In this document: positions 52,941 through 63,190 of the stretch, one piece after another
How positions within the stretch are numbered: position 1 is the first letter of the stretch
How the letters are laid out: every line of letters begins with the position of its first letter
Assembly: GCA_963798485.1 (NCBI GenBank)
Contig: CAWCTR010000004.1
Coordinates: 160,001 to 224,000, forward strand
Source: an uncultured delta proteobacterium
GTDB lineage: Bacteria > Desulfobacterota > Desulfomonilia > UBA1062
Reading direction: 5' to 3'
Length of the DNA: 64,000 bases
Made by a program: the position numbers and the translations under genes
The notes under the pieces: generated by a model
The model's database searches: none
What the model was told of the DNA's origin: nothing
What the model saw: the letters and a program-made list of their open reading frames with translations, nothing else

Positions 52941-53822
52941 ATGGCAAACGTATTCGAGATCGTGACTGAGCAGATTTTAAATCATTTATGTGCTGGTGTT
53001 ATCCCCTGGAGAAAACCCTGGACCAGCAAAATCCTGCTTCCCCTTAACCTGGTGACAGGCAAGAAGTATAGAGGCATCAATGTATGGTTGCTCCTTGCTT
53101 CCAGTTATGCCTCTCCCTACTGGCTCACCTTCAACCAGGTCAAGACCCTCGGGGGGACCATCAAGAAGGGTGAGAAAAGCTCTATCGTGGTTTTCTGGAA
53201 CTTCAAGGAAGTAGACGAGCTCAACGAGGCAACAGGTGCGATGGAAAAGAAAAATATACCTTTCTTGAAGTACTATCGGGTATTCAATGCCGTTCAGTGT
53301 GAAGGGATAACCTGCCCTGACCAGCCGGAAGAGGCTCACGCGGACCCCATAGCCGAAGCGGAGGCAATTATAGAAGGATACAAGGGAAGACCTGAAATAA
53401 AGCATGGTTTTGTCAAGGCATGCTATAATCTGGCAGAGGATCTGATAAAGATGCCCAACAAGGCTGCATTTGTGAACCAGGAAAATTATTTCAGTACCAT
53501 TTACCATGAGCTAACCCACGCCACTGGCGCAATATCCAGGCTCAACCGTGAAACACTCACGACACCAGCGGCTTTCGGATCGAAGAACTACGCAAGAGAA
53601 GAGCTTATAGCCGAGATGGGGGCTGCCTACCTGTGCGCGATCACCGGCATTGCCCATGCCACCATTGAGAACTCAGCGGCATATATTCAGGGATGGAGGG
53701 ACACTATCAGCAAGGACTCTAAGCTTGTCGTCCTGGCCGCAGCCCAAGCACAGAAGGCAGTCAATCACATCATCGGTCAGCAAGATGATGATTACCACGA
53801 GGATAAAGAGGGGCAGGGGTAA
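52941..53822 (+). CDS. ardC: Antirestriction ssDNA-binding protein ArdC
   Basis: PWRKPW, YRGIN, WLTFNQ, KGEK, VFN..Q, HELTHATG and YAREELIAE motifs. Confidence 0.95.
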   Translation: MANVFEIVTEQILNHLCAGVIPWRKPWTSKILLPLNLVTGKKYRGINVWLLLASSYASPYWLTFNQVKTLGGTIKKGEKSSIVVFWNFKEVDELNEATGAMEKKNIPFLKYYRVFNAVQCEGITCPDQPEEAHADPIAEAEAIIEGYKGRPEIKHGFVKACYNLAEDLIKMPNKAAFVNQENYFSTIYHELTHATGAISRLNRETLTTPAAFGSKNYAREELIAEMGAAYLCAITGIAHATIENSAAYIQGWRDTISKDSKLVVLAAAQAQKAVNHIIGQQDDDYHEDKEGQG

Positions 53823-53926
53823 TATCCTGCCCCCCGGGCCGCCGGGCTTCGCCCGGTTTATGGGAAAACTGAACAACCAGGGAAAAAATCCCCATAGGAT
53901 TTTTATCAATAGGCCTTTATCATACC

Positions 53927-53969
53927 GTCACATGCCGGTAAATCTTGGAGGGAATACCGGCATGTGACA
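53927..53969. terminator. Hairpin between convergent ardC and hup
   Basis: GTCACATGCCGGTA...TACCGGCATGTGAC. Confidence 0.6.
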
Positions 53970-53981
53970 CGAGGAGGGTTG

Positions 53982-54254
53982 TCATTTTACGGCATCCTTT
54001 AAAGCTTTCCCAGCCTTGAATCTTGGGGTCTTGCTGGCTTTGATCTTTATCTTCTGTCTGGTCTGTGGGTTCACGCCCTCACGGGCCGCTCGATTGGCCA
54101 CATCAAAAGTACCGAACCCTACCAAGGTGACCTTGTCGCCTTTCTTGACTGCGCCCTGAATCGCATCCGTAAGTGCATCGATTGCTTCTGAGACTTTTGC
54201 CTTTGGGAGTCCTGCTTTGTTAGAAACTACATCAACCAATTCAGTTTTCGTCAT
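53982..54254 (-). CDS. hup: HU family DNA-binding protein
   Basis: MTKTELVD...VTLVGFGTF...RAAREGVNPQT; paralogue of 34246..34521. Confidence 0.95.
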   Translation of the reverse strand: MTKTELVDVVSNKAGLPKAKVSEAIDALTDAIQGAVKKGDKVTLVGFGTFDVANRAAREGVNPQTRQKIKIKASKTPRFKAGKALKDAVK

Positions 54255-54700
54255 GATAGATCCTCCTCATTTATATACCGGCATCCTTGCTGTAGGCTGA
54301 CCGGTTTGTATTTCTGAATATATCGATAGCGAAAAGATGTCATCTGTTTCTTTCAACTGATGAGATGGGGTCAATACCCTGTTATTGATTATCGATTTAT
54401 CATTATGATGATATCAATAACGATATTTCGCGAGTTTGCCTTCTATACAGCTTCACTGGAGCAAGCCCTAAATGATAATCGCCTGGACAGGAGGATTGTT
54501 TTTCCCGACCAGGCGATGAAGATATGAAATTAAGTTTATGGCTTGATCTTTTATTTGGGGTAAATCTCTTCTCGCCTTAATGGGCCATGCGGCTGTGTCA
54601 TTTGAACAAGAACCTACGGTTGTGTCATTTTTTAATTCTTAACTGTAGGTTCTTGTACGCTCGCTCCCGCTAGTCAACTAGGGTCGTTTCTTCGTTGGGC

Positions 54701-54934
54701 TCATTTTGGTTTTTTGCTATCTGCCGCAGCTTTCTTACTTCCCTTTTCCACCACATCTTTAGAAACTGTTTTTGCTGAGGAAGCCTTTTTTGCCTTAACT
54801 GAAACGGCAGGCGCAAGCCTGGAATGCACTATCTTTTCAGCTTCCAACCAATGCTCTATTTCACGGCCAGAAACGCAGCCACCCTTCTCATAAAGCTCAT
54901 AAGCAGTTTTCTCGATCTCTTGCCTCTTGTCCAT
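54701..54934 (-). CDS. DUF2934 domain protein
   Basis: IEKTAYELYEKGG...G...EHWLEAE with a Lys/Ala tail; RBS AGGAGG. Confidence 0.85.
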   Translation of the reverse strand: MDKRQEIEKTAYELYEKGGCVSGREIEHWLEAEKIVHSRLAPAVSVKAKKASSAKTVSKDVVEKGSKKAAADSKKPK

Positions 54935-54949
54935 TTGAAAACCTCCTTT

Positions 54950-55225
54950 TCATAAAATTACTGTCCTAGATCCTTCCATCCGCTTTCTCTCAATCCATTG
55001 AAGTGCATCCTGAGGACTGTCAAACTCCTTCCCCGTATTCTCTTCTTTTCCGTCCTTATCAACCAACGCTAGATATTTATCTCCGGACAAACCTTTCTGC
55101 TTCCGGATATGCCCTATGAGCTTGTCATCATCGTAGACATGAAAAGTGGAACCACCATCACGAGAGTTTAATGCGATCATTATTTCCCTTTCAGCAGAAT
55201 ATCTATCTGCTCTGCATTGCATCAA
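54950..55225 (-). CDS. Hypothetical protein (likely start at MIALNSRD)
   Basis: ORF with AAGGGA RBS before the internal ATG. Confidence 0.5.
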   Translation of the reverse strand: MMQCRADRYSAEREIMIALNSRDGGSTFHVYDDDKLIGHIRKQKGLSGDKYLALVDKDGKEENTGKEFDSPQDALQWIERKRMEGSRTVIL

Positions 55226-55497
55226 TCACGTACCTGGGCGCAATGTGCCTGAGATACCTGTTCGTAGGCTGCAGGGACATATGCCCACTCATTTGACATG
55301 ACCTTCTGAAATATTAACAGTAGGTTTCCAGATTCTCCAAACAACCTGTTTCTATAAGAATAGACGAAACTAAAGAACAGACGATACAGAAACAAGGCAA
55401 ATAATTCTACCATTGCAGCAATCCCGTACACCGTCTGGAAAAGATAATGATAAGACGATGAGAGATTTTGCTGGTGTTGGGTTGAGATCTTTTTCAT
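55222..55497 (-). CDS. Hypothetical membrane protein
   Basis: 91-aa ORF with one hydrophobic segment. Confidence 0.35.
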   Translation of the reverse strand: MKKISTQHQQNLSSSYHYLFQTVYGIAAMVELFALFLYRLFFSFVYSYRNRLFGESGNLLLIFQKVMSNEWAYVPAAYEQVSQAHCAQVRD

Positions 55498-55787
55498 ATT
55501 TTAGGTTCTGCTACCTATGTCTTTATAAAGGGAATTGGATTCATCCGTGATTTTCATATGCTCGTCAAGGCCGCTTCTTCAAAGAGTCGGCATAGTTTTG
55601 CTGATTTCAGCTCGTGAGAGTAACACAATGAAGAACTCATCCATCTCATCGATCTTCTGATTCTGTTGATCAAGAATGGTTTCGTGACTCTCCTTGCGGA
55701 AGTATATCTCCTGCATGTCACTGATCAGGGCAGATCTTATATCTTACCGTATAATCTCACTCACCTGAGACGATAATTCCTGCTCAT

Positions 55788-56051
55788 TCATGAGGCATCA
55801 CCCTTTGGTGGTAGGTTAAAGAGAGCCCGGTCAATATCACGGACAAGGAAGCCGTCTATAAGCTTTACCAGTTCATCTTCTTTGTCTTTGTACTTCACAT
55901 CCAGGAAGTAAGCGCCCACAAGGATCTTCTTCCGAGTGTCCTCGGCCCGTTCCTTCTTCTTCACGCGGGATTTAGCGCTGGCAATCTGTTGTTCGAGCTT
56001 TTCTTTTTTCTGCAGAAGTTTACTGAGAGAATCTGATTTTTTCGGTTGCAT
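55788..56051 (-). CDS. Mobilization accessory protein (TraD/MobC-like)
   Basis: KKKERAEDTRKKILVGA...L...DRALF; divergent from traA across oriT. Confidence 0.85.
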   Translation of the reverse strand: MQPKKSDSLSKLLQKKEKLEQQIASAKSRVKKKERAEDTRKKILVGAYFLDVKYKDKEDELVKLIDGFLVRDIDRALFNLPPKGDAS

Positions 56052-56230
56052 TCTGCCCTCACTAGTATTAAATTCATAACAGTTTGATATGTAATACCTT
56101 ATGAGAGGTTAGAAGTCAATGATAAGAAAACCAACGCCCTCCTTTACAACTCGGACGCGAAATTTACGAACGAACCGTAAGGACTAAAACCAACGTGAGA
56201 ATGAGCACTGAGCTAAAACTGAGTGAAGCG

Positions 56231-56260
56231 AAAGGCGCACATACATGTCGCAAGCGACAT
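56231..56260 (-). other. oriT: oriT, MOBQ (RSF1010/Ti-type); predicted nic between 56238 and 56237 on the minus strand
   Basis: Minus strand ATGTCGC-tt-GCGACAT-GTATGTG^CGCCTTT parallels the IR + TAAGTG^CGCCCT pattern of the MOBQ family. Confidence 0.8.
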
Positions 56261-56296
56261 ATGCGCTTAGTGCAGAAGCTGAGGAAGTGGCAATAA

Positions 56297-59215
56297 ATGG
56301 CGTGTTATCATATCCAGGTTAAAATAATCAGCAGAGGAGGAGGCAAATGCGCCATCTCCGCCGCCGCATACCGCTCGCGGGATAAACTCTATGATGAACG
56401 CCTGGACATGACATTCGATTATACGAAGAAGAAGGACCTCGCCTATGAAGAGATCCTCCTTCCGGAAAACGCACCGGAAAGACTGAAAGACCGGCAGACT
56501 CTCTGGAATGAAGTTGAAAGAGTCGAGAAGAGAAAAGACGCACGCCTCTCCCGGGAAGTCGAGTTAGCTCTTCCCAAAGAGTTAAACTTCGAACAACAGG
56601 TAGCTCTCGTAAAAGAATATGCACAGTCCCAATTCGTGGATAAAGGCATGATAGCCGACATCTGCATTCACAAGAGCGATAAAAATCCTCATGTTCATAT
56701 CATGCTTACCACAAGAGAAGTCACCAGGGATGGCTTCGGGAAAAAAGTAACCGCCTGGAATGATAAAGCAGAACTACTGAAATGGCGGGAAGAGTGGGCG
56801 AATATCCAGAACAGGAAATTGCTGGAAGCAGGTCATGATATCCAGGTTGACCATAGGAGCTTTGCAGATAGAGGCATTGACCTTGAGCCTACATCGAAGA
56901 TCGGGATCGCAGCAAAATACCTGCCCAAAGGCTACCTCCATCTGCAAGAAACCCGAGGACTTGATCGCCTCGAAGAGTACCAGAGGATATGCAGAGAGAA
57001 TGGGGAACGGATTATCAACGATCCGGCAAAAGCCTTGAAGCTTGTTGGGCATTACGATGCAGTATTCAAGCGGGAAGACATCATGGATTTTGCTTTCCGG
57101 CACAGTGCGGATGCAGATCAGTTCAACCGGGTTTTCTCTGCCCTTGAGAACAGTCCCGAGCTTATCAAGATCGGGAAGAACGAGAAGGGAGAAGACCTGT
57201 TCTCCACCCGAACCATGATGATAAGCGAGAAGACCATGCTCGATAATGCAAGGGCTATGAAATCTTCAAACGAACACGTCCTGGAGCAGGCTATCATCAA
57301 CCAGACAGCGAAGAACTACACCATGAGCGAGGAGCAGGAAAAGGCATTCAGAAACATTGCAGAGGGCGGCGATATCTCCGTCATGATCGGTCGTGCGGGA
57401 ACAGGAAAAAGCTATACTCTCGGAGCTGTCAAAGAAGCATATGAAGCAGGAGGATATCGGGTAAGAGGCCTTGCACTTTCAGGCATCGCAGCAGAGGGAC
57501 TTCAGAATGAAAGCGGCATCGAAAGCACAACCATCTTCAGGCAGTTGGATGACTGGGAAAATGAGAGAAATGTACTGAGCAAAGACCTGATCCTGGTGAT
57601 AGATGAAGCCGGTATGGTTGGCACCCGGCAGATGCATAAGATCTTGGAACAAGCCCATGAAGTAGGATCAAAAGTGATCCTTGTGGGAGACAATGAACAG
57701 CTTCAGTCAATCGAGGCAGGAGGATCATTCAGAGGTATCATCCAGAGAACCGGATACGTGGAACTTGCAGAAGTGAGAAGACAACATATCGATTGGCAGA
57801 AACAGGCAACCGTAGAATTCTCCGGCAACAAAGAACAATCAGAGAAAGCCCTGGAAATGTACCACGACCATGGTCATATCCATGAACTCCAGACCAGGCA
57901 GGATGCCAAGGATAAGATGCTCAAAGAGTGGGCGGATCAACAACAACTCTCAAAACAGAAACACGAAACCAGCCTCATGATGGCTTACACGAATAGGGAT
58001 GTAAATGAACTGAACCAGGGGGCGAGAGAACACAGAAAAATGCACGGAGAACTTCGAGGCTACGAACACACATTCATGACAGAAAAAGGAGAGAGAAAAT
58101 TCTGCACCGGAGACAGGATTATCTTCCTCAGGAATGAGCATTCTTTAGGAGTAAGAAATGGTTCTCTCGGCACAGTAGAGATCATCAACCGGGGAGCCAT
58201 ATCCGTCAAACTCGATAAAGGAGACAGAGTCGCTATCGATACTTCCATGTACAAAGATTTCGATCACGGTTATGCAGCCACCGTGCATAAAACTCAAGGC
58301 TCAACCCTTGACCATACCTTTGTGCTCGGCTCACGTCATTTTGATAAGCATACAGCGTACGTTGCCATGAGCAGACAGAGAGAGAATGTGACCATGTACT
58401 ATGGCAAGGATGAGTTCAGGAATTTTGAAGACCTGCAGAGGGTCATGAGCAGAGAACGGCCTAAGAGTCTGGTCGTGGATTATGGGCTACCGAGAGGCAT
58501 TGAGGTAGATAACAGAGTCATCGAGGCTGAGAAAGTTCTGACTCATGAAGAAAGACGCATCCAGGCCCAGGAATGGCAACAGCAAAGAGACCAGGAACAG
58601 TATGTCAAACAAATGAAGGAAAGGGGCATTCAAGTTGAATTCCCCAAGGATAAATCTGTATCCGGATATTTTGAGAGAGTGAAAGAAGTCGGAGGTAAGA
58701 GTTATGCTGTTATCGATACGCACGCCAATCCGACTAAGGGAATTCGTTACCTGATACCCTACGAGAAGCAATACGATCAAATGCAGAGGCACCACTATGT
58801 AGCCTATGATGGGAAGGAAATGGGATATGCTAAAAAGAGCAGAACTCCTGAGAAGGAAATACAACAGCAAGTTTCTCAGGAGAAGCAGGGAGAAAAAGGC
58901 ATATCGACACCTGACCGGAAGCTTACTCCGGAAGAATTTAATTACTGCCAGCGAATGCAGGATAGAGGGCTTAAGGTTGACTTTCCAAGAGAAAGTGCTG
59001 TGGAAGGCTATTACACAAAAATAGAAGAACTCGGCGGCAATAAATATGCAGTGATTGAATCGAAGGGTGTTCGCTACATGGTGTCCTATGACAAGCAATA
59101 CGATCAGATGCAGATGCACCGGTATGTTTCATATGACGGGCAAACGATACATTCTGCAAAGGCCCCCTCGATAAAAATAGAAAAAAATCAGGGGCTGGAA
59201 CTTGGAAAGAAGTAA
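56297..59215 (+). CDS. traA: Ti-type conjugative relaxase TraA (MobA/MobL + RecD-like helicase)
   Basis: MACYH, AAAYRS, E.ELALP.EL, CIH...NPHVH, VDHRS, GRAGTGKS, IDEAGM and GD..QL motifs. Confidence 0.97.
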   Translation: MACYHIQVKIISRGGGKCAISAAAYRSRDKLYDERLDMTFDYTKKKDLAYEEILLPENAPERLKDRQTLWNEVERVEKRKDARLSREVELALPKELNFEQQVALVKEYAQSQFVDKGMIADICIHKSDKNPHVHIMLTTREVTRDGFGKKVTAWNDKAELLKWREEWANIQNRKLLEAGHDIQVDHRSFADRGIDLEPTSKIGIAAKYLPKGYLHLQETRGLDRLEEYQRICRENGERIINDPAKALKLVGHYDAVFKREDIMDFAFRHSADADQFNRVFSALENSPELIKIGKNEKGEDLFSTRTMMISEKTMLDNARAMKSSNEHVLEQAIINQTAKNYTMSEEQEKAFRNIAEGGDISVMIGRAGTGKSYTLGAVKEAYEAGGYRVRGLALSGIAAEGLQNESGIESTTIFRQLDDWENERNVLSKDLILVIDEAGMVGTRQMHKILEQAHEVGSKVILVGDNEQLQSIEAGGSFRGIIQRTGYVELAEVRRQHIDWQKQATVEFSGNKEQSEKALEMYHDHGHIHELQTRQDAKDKMLKEWADQQQLSKQKHETSLMMAYTNRDVNELNQGAREHRKMHGELRGYEHTFMTEKGERKFCTGDRIIFLRNEHSLGVRNGSLGTVEIINRGAISVKLDKGDRVAIDTSMYKDFDHGYAATVHKTQGSTLDHTFVLGSRHFDKHTAYVAMSRQRENVTMYYGKDEFRNFEDLQRVMSRERPKSLVVDYGLPRGIEVDNRVIEAEKVLTHEERRIQAQEWQQQRDQEQYVKQMKERGIQVEFPKDKSVSGYFERVKEVGGKSYAVIDTHANPTKGIRYLIPYEKQYDQMQRHHYVAYDGKEMGYAKKSRTPEKEIQQQVSQEKQGEKGISTPDRKLTPEEFNYCQRMQDRGLKVDFPRESAVEGYYTKIEELGGNKYAVIESKGVRYMVSYDKQYDQMQMHRYVSYDGQTIHSAKAPSIKIEKNQGLELGKK

Positions 59216-59325
59216 GTCGGAGAGGTTTAACTGAAGATCGTATCTGGTGGCACAAGATCATCACTTTCTCCGGGCTTTTGGAAGCGATGATTTTATTGCA
59301 TAATTTTCATTATATTTATTAGGAG

Positions 59326-59354
59326 CATTCGTGAATAAGTTTTGAAACACGTTC
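59326..59354 (+). repeat. 29-bp exact copy of 8327..8355 (3' end of the divergent polysaccharide deacetylase)
   Basis: CATTCGTGAATAAGTTTTGAAACACGTTC occurs at both positions. Confidence 0.9.
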
Positions 59355-59547
59355 AAGTAAAAGTAATCAACCATTGAAGAATTGGTTATATGAAAGTCCT
59401 ATATAGGACTCTTATGAAGCTGGGGACAAACACCAGTATAGTTTATGTCTTACATTTCAATAACTTTTTGTAAAATTCTGATTTTTCTCGATTATTACTA
59501 GGGTCTTCCTAGAGACAATCTGGTGAAAGTTATGTATAGGACCATGC

Positions 59548-60156
59548 ATGAAACATCGGATATCTCTCTGTGCCAGTGTGATATGTTTCGCATTTTTTCT
59601 TTTTGTGCCCTTCGCATGGTCCCATCCCCATGTCTTTCTTGATGCCACTGCGAGGATGGTCTTTGATAATAAAGGACTTGCAGGGTTCCGTATCCAGTGG
59701 GTTTTCGATGAAATGTTCAGCAGCATGATCATCCTTGATTTCGACAAGAACGGAACTGGACGTTTTGATCCTCAGGAGATGGCACGTTTGCAGAAAGACG
59801 TCTTCATGAAGCTGCGGGATCTCGACTTCTTCACCCATATCAAGATAGACGGAAAGGCCTTCAAGATAAGCTCCGTAAATGATTTCACCGCTGAAATCAG
59901 AGACGGCACAGTGGTCTACCGTTTCTTTGTACCTTGCCATGTTCCAGCGAGTGGTTCGTTCCACGAGGTGAAGCTGTCCCTCTATGACCTGTCGTACTAT
60001 CACAGTGTGACCCTGGGAAAAGATCCCGTCACCTATGAAAACAATCTCTTGTATGATATAACCCAGCGAATCGAAACGAACAAGAATGAGGCATATTATT
60101 ACGACCAGATCTATCCAGAAGAGATCACACTGAGGTTCAGGAAAAAAAATGGTTAG
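59548..60156 (+). CDS. DUF1007 family periplasmic protein
   Basis: Signal peptide, then HPHVF, WVFDEMFS and YD..YY motifs. Confidence 0.9.
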   Translation: MKHRISLCASVICFAFFLFVPFAWSHPHVFLDATARMVFDNKGLAGFRIQWVFDEMFSSMIILDFDKNGTGRFDPQEMARLQKDVFMKLRDLDFFTHIKIDGKAFKISSVNDFTAEIRDGTVVYRFFVPCHVPASGSFHEVKLSLYDLSYYHSVTLGKDPVTYENNLLYDITQRIETNKNEAYYYDQIYPEEITLRFRKKNG

Positions 60157-61048
60157 GCCTGTCATCTACCTGCTGTGCCTCATTTTCCTGATCCTGTCGG
60201 TTCAGCAGGGCATGGCCAGGTACCCTTTTCATCATCCCGGGGCCACTGAACAGCTTGTCTCCAGCAATTCGCCTCAGAGTTCATTTTTAGAGACGATCAT
60301 CCACTGGCAACAGCAACTAAAGGAGAAGATGGTACCCATGATCCGGGGCGCCAGAACAACGCATAATGTCGGACCGCTGCTGGTGGCATTCATGATAGCC
60401 TTCGTATACGGTGTTCTCCACGCGGCTGGTCCCGGACACGGCAAGGTGGTGACGATGTCGTACGTCCTGTCAAGGAACGCATCCATGGTTAGTGGGCTTT
60501 TGTTTGGGACCTTGACCGCTTTTTCCCATGGATTTTCTGCTGTGATCTGCGTCTTTGGGATACGATACGTTCTTCAGAAAGGATTTTTTGGGACATTCGA
60601 GACTATTTCCCACACAACACAGATCGTGAGTTTCAGCCTCATTGCCCTTATCGGGTTTGGTATACTCCTAAAGAGCGGCTATTCGCTGTTCGGTAAGGCC
60701 GGACAAGGGGCAAGACTCGATGAAATAAAACCGGCTGAACCTAAAAGGGCATTCGTGCCATGGGCCGTTACAATAGGCTTGGTGCCCTGTCCTGCGGTAG
60801 TGATGGTACTCCTCTTCTGTCTTTCCATGAACATGCTGTCCCTCGGTATTCTCTTGGCCGGATTCATCTCTCTCGGTATGGCATGCACGATCTCAGCAGT
60901 GGTCATTGCAGTAATCATGGGGAAGGATTTCTCTCTGAACAGGTTCCCGGAGAAACGGGTGAAAACGGTTGAAGGAATCCTTAGTATGGGCTCAGGGATA
61001 GCGATGATGGCCCTTGGGCTGCTCTTTCTCGGTGCGGTCATAGTGTGA
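60149..61048 (+). CDS. Nickel/cobalt transporter (NicO/RcnA-like)
   Basis: YGVLHAAGPGHGK, GLVPCP and SLGMA motifs; overlaps the DUF1007 gene. Confidence 0.9.
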   Translation: MVRPVIYLLCLIFLILSVQQGMARYPFHHPGATEQLVSSNSPQSSFLETIIHWQQQLKEKMVPMIRGARTTHNVGPLLVAFMIAFVYGVLHAAGPGHGKVVTMSYVLSRNASMVSGLLFGTLTAFSHGFSAVICVFGIRYVLQKGFFGTFETISHTTQIVSFSLIALIGFGILLKSGYSLFGKAGQGARLDEIKPAEPKRAFVPWAVTIGLVPCPAVVMVLLFCLSMNMLSLGILLAGFISLGMACTISAVVIAVIMGKDFSLNRFPEKRVKTVEGILSMGSGIAMMALGLLFLGAVIV

Positions 61049-61225
61049 AACCGATGCCGGATAATACGACAGGGTTGCATACATACCCGCCCAGGATAAG
61101 ACGTCGAGGATGAAAACCCCTGAACAGAGGGCGGTGATAGCCCGACATATGGCCCCTCATTGCAGGAGGGTTGGGGTTAGGCCAATAGCTATATATCCCT
61201 CAAGGTATTCCTGATCGATCTAACC

Positions 61226-61314
61226 GTTAGATTATGCCATGTGTCACAATGCTGAGCTGGTCCGATCTTTTCATATATCTTATGTCGATATCACCAGTTT
61301 TAGGCATTTCAAAA
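61226..61314 (-). repeat. Dispersed intergenic repeat family A, degenerate copy
   Basis: Reverse complement TTTTGAAATGCCTAAAACTGGTGAT...TCAGCATTGTGACACATGGCATAATCTA aligns loosely with the copies at 16.1 and 21.9 kb. Confidence 0.55.
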
Positions 61315-61361
61315 GCACTCATCTATGGAAGATTATATACTGATAGCTTCTGACTGGTGGA

Positions 61362-62699
61362 TCACAGCGTATTGGCGATCTCGAATTTGTCCTGGACATT
61401 GTCTCTGATCCAGTGGGGGTCCCACCACTCCTTGGGATCAACAAAGACTCCCCCGACGAGTATACTGAAGTGAAGATGGTCGCCCCCGGCAAACCCCGTT
61501 ACTCCAGTATTACCTATGATCTGACCTTTCGTAACCTGTTGCCCTTCTTTCACGGCAATCGAGCTCATGTGGCCGTACTGGCTGGATATCCCCTGGCCGT
61601 GGTCGATGATCACACAATTGCCATAGATCCCCATGTTGTCAGCATACAGGACAATCCCGCTGTTAGCCGCCTCTATGGGGGCCTGGGCGGTGGATGCGAG
61701 ATCAATTCCGAGATGCACGCTGGTCCCCATGGATTTTCCCTGGTATTGATAGGTCCGCTGGTCGCCGAAGAGTGCCTTGGGTGCCCCGTTTTTCAATCTA
61801 AGAAAAGTCCCCTGCCAGAGCTGTTTGCTGCTGGTCTTCGCACAGACTGTTTGTATCTTTTTATCGTTATCTGTACGAAGCTGGGTATTTACGTAGGTAA
61901 AGACCTCTTCAGCGGATTTACCGACCAATTTTGAAACCTGTTCCTGAAATTCTACTGCCTTTTGCTGTACAAAAGAATCACTCACCTTAACCGTGTCCCT
62001 GCGGAAAGGTCTTACGCTGCGGATATAGAAGGGGATACCGACAATAGCATGATTCCCTGCCTTGTCCTCAACAGTTACTGCCATGGGCGTGCTGGTACTC
62101 ACCTCCATTGGTATTGCAAAAAAGCATACATAGTATGGCTTGGACTTCCCTTGTACGAGGTAGCCGGGGAAGAATGTATTACCACACTTTACCCCGCTTA
62201 CCTGGACTGTCTTGGTTACCCGGTATACAGTCAGGCATGTCCCTCCGGGATTTATATTATGTGCCCTCGTCAATAGAGCTATGCGTGGAGGGATGGAGTC
62301 GATGGTGACCTTGGCCTGCAATAAAGACGAATTTCTCAAAGGGGAGAAGTCCGTGACCTTTATCTTGAAGAGAGCCTCGCCATCTTTGATCTTGAGGTCT
62401 TTGGGTATGATTTTTACTACGACCAACTTCTCAAGGGTCCCCTTCGCGGGAATCTGCTCGGAGGCTAATACGAATTCATGTTTGTTCTGTTCAATGGTCA
62501 CAGTATAATTCCTGATGCCGATCCGGCCATCCCTCAGGGTTATGGTTACATCCTTTTCCTTTCCAATGGTGTCAAAGGGTTTATCCTGGCTGATCGTCGG
62601 TTTCTCCCATTCAAGGTAATGGTACACTGCTCCAATGATCGACACAACAAGCACAAACAAGAGTACAAGCTGGATAGTTGTCCTTTTTGAACCTTTCAT
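61362..62699 (-). CDS. M23 family metallopeptidase
   Basis: HLGIDLA, YGNCVIIDHG, YGHMS and GDHLHF motifs; N-terminal TM; RBS AGGAAGGA before ATG 62699. Confidence 0.93.
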   Translation of the reverse strand: MKGSKRTTIQLVLLFVLVVSIIGAVYHYLEWEKPTISQDKPFDTIGKEKDVTITLRDGRIGIRNYTVTIEQNKHEFVLASEQIPAKGTLEKLVVVKIIPKDLKIKDGEALFKIKVTDFSPLRNSSLLQAKVTIDSIPPRIALLTRAHNINPGGTCLTVYRVTKTVQVSGVKCGNTFFPGYLVQGKSKPYYVCFFAIPMEVSTSTPMAVTVEDKAGNHAIVGIPFYIRSVRPFRRDTVKVSDSFVQQKAVEFQEQVSKLVGKSAEEVFTYVNTQLRTDNDKKIQTVCAKTSSKQLWQGTFLRLKNGAPKALFGDQRTYQYQGKSMGTSVHLGIDLASTAQAPIEAANSGIVLYADNMGIYGNCVIIDHGQGISSQYGHMSSIAVKEGQQVTKGQIIGNTGVTGFAGGDHLHFSILVGGVFVDPKEWWDPHWIRDNVQDKFEIANTL

Positions 62700-62967
62700 G
62701 AATTCCTTCCTCTGTTGGAACTTCCCCGGAACATGCGTACTAAAAGCGGAAAGAATATTCAAGGGGATTAACAATTAATACCCATGCACATTAGATCAAG
62801 GTTGATGAGCTTGAGTCGAATAGCTACTTACCCATGATTGTAGAGGCAAGAAGGATACTTGAGAATCAACAATGATCGAATGCTGTATCGGATCATACAT
62901 CCCAAGAAGTATGAATCTTTAGAAGGCCTCGAATAACAAGAACATCTGAGGCAATCAGTTATTTCCG

Positions 62968-63190
62968 TTATTGTTCACGCTGTTCGTCGGGATGGGTGGA
63001 CAACAAACGCCACAAAAGAATCAGAGACGACAAGATTTCTATCAGGGTGTCAACACCAAATCCGACGAGTGCAATACTCCCGGCAACAATTCCAGCTCCA
63101 AGAGCAACGCCCGCCTCGATAAGATTCCAGCCAATCGTTAAATATTCGAGCTTTCGCGCGTGACGGGTGTCATCCAGTAGATTCTTTCAT
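62968..63190 (-). pseudogene. Cation efflux (CDF-like) transporter N-terminal fragment
   Basis: LEYLTIGWNLIEAGVALGAGIVAGSIALVGFGVDTLIEILSSLILLWRL; frameshift just after the ATG and an early stop. Confidence 0.75.

Noticed and set aside
55579-55791. ORF coupled to mobC with an internal stop (MNEQELSSQVSEIIR-TAA-DIRSAL...)
   Set aside because: The stop is TAA, not recodable, and no family is recognisable; at most a decayed gene.
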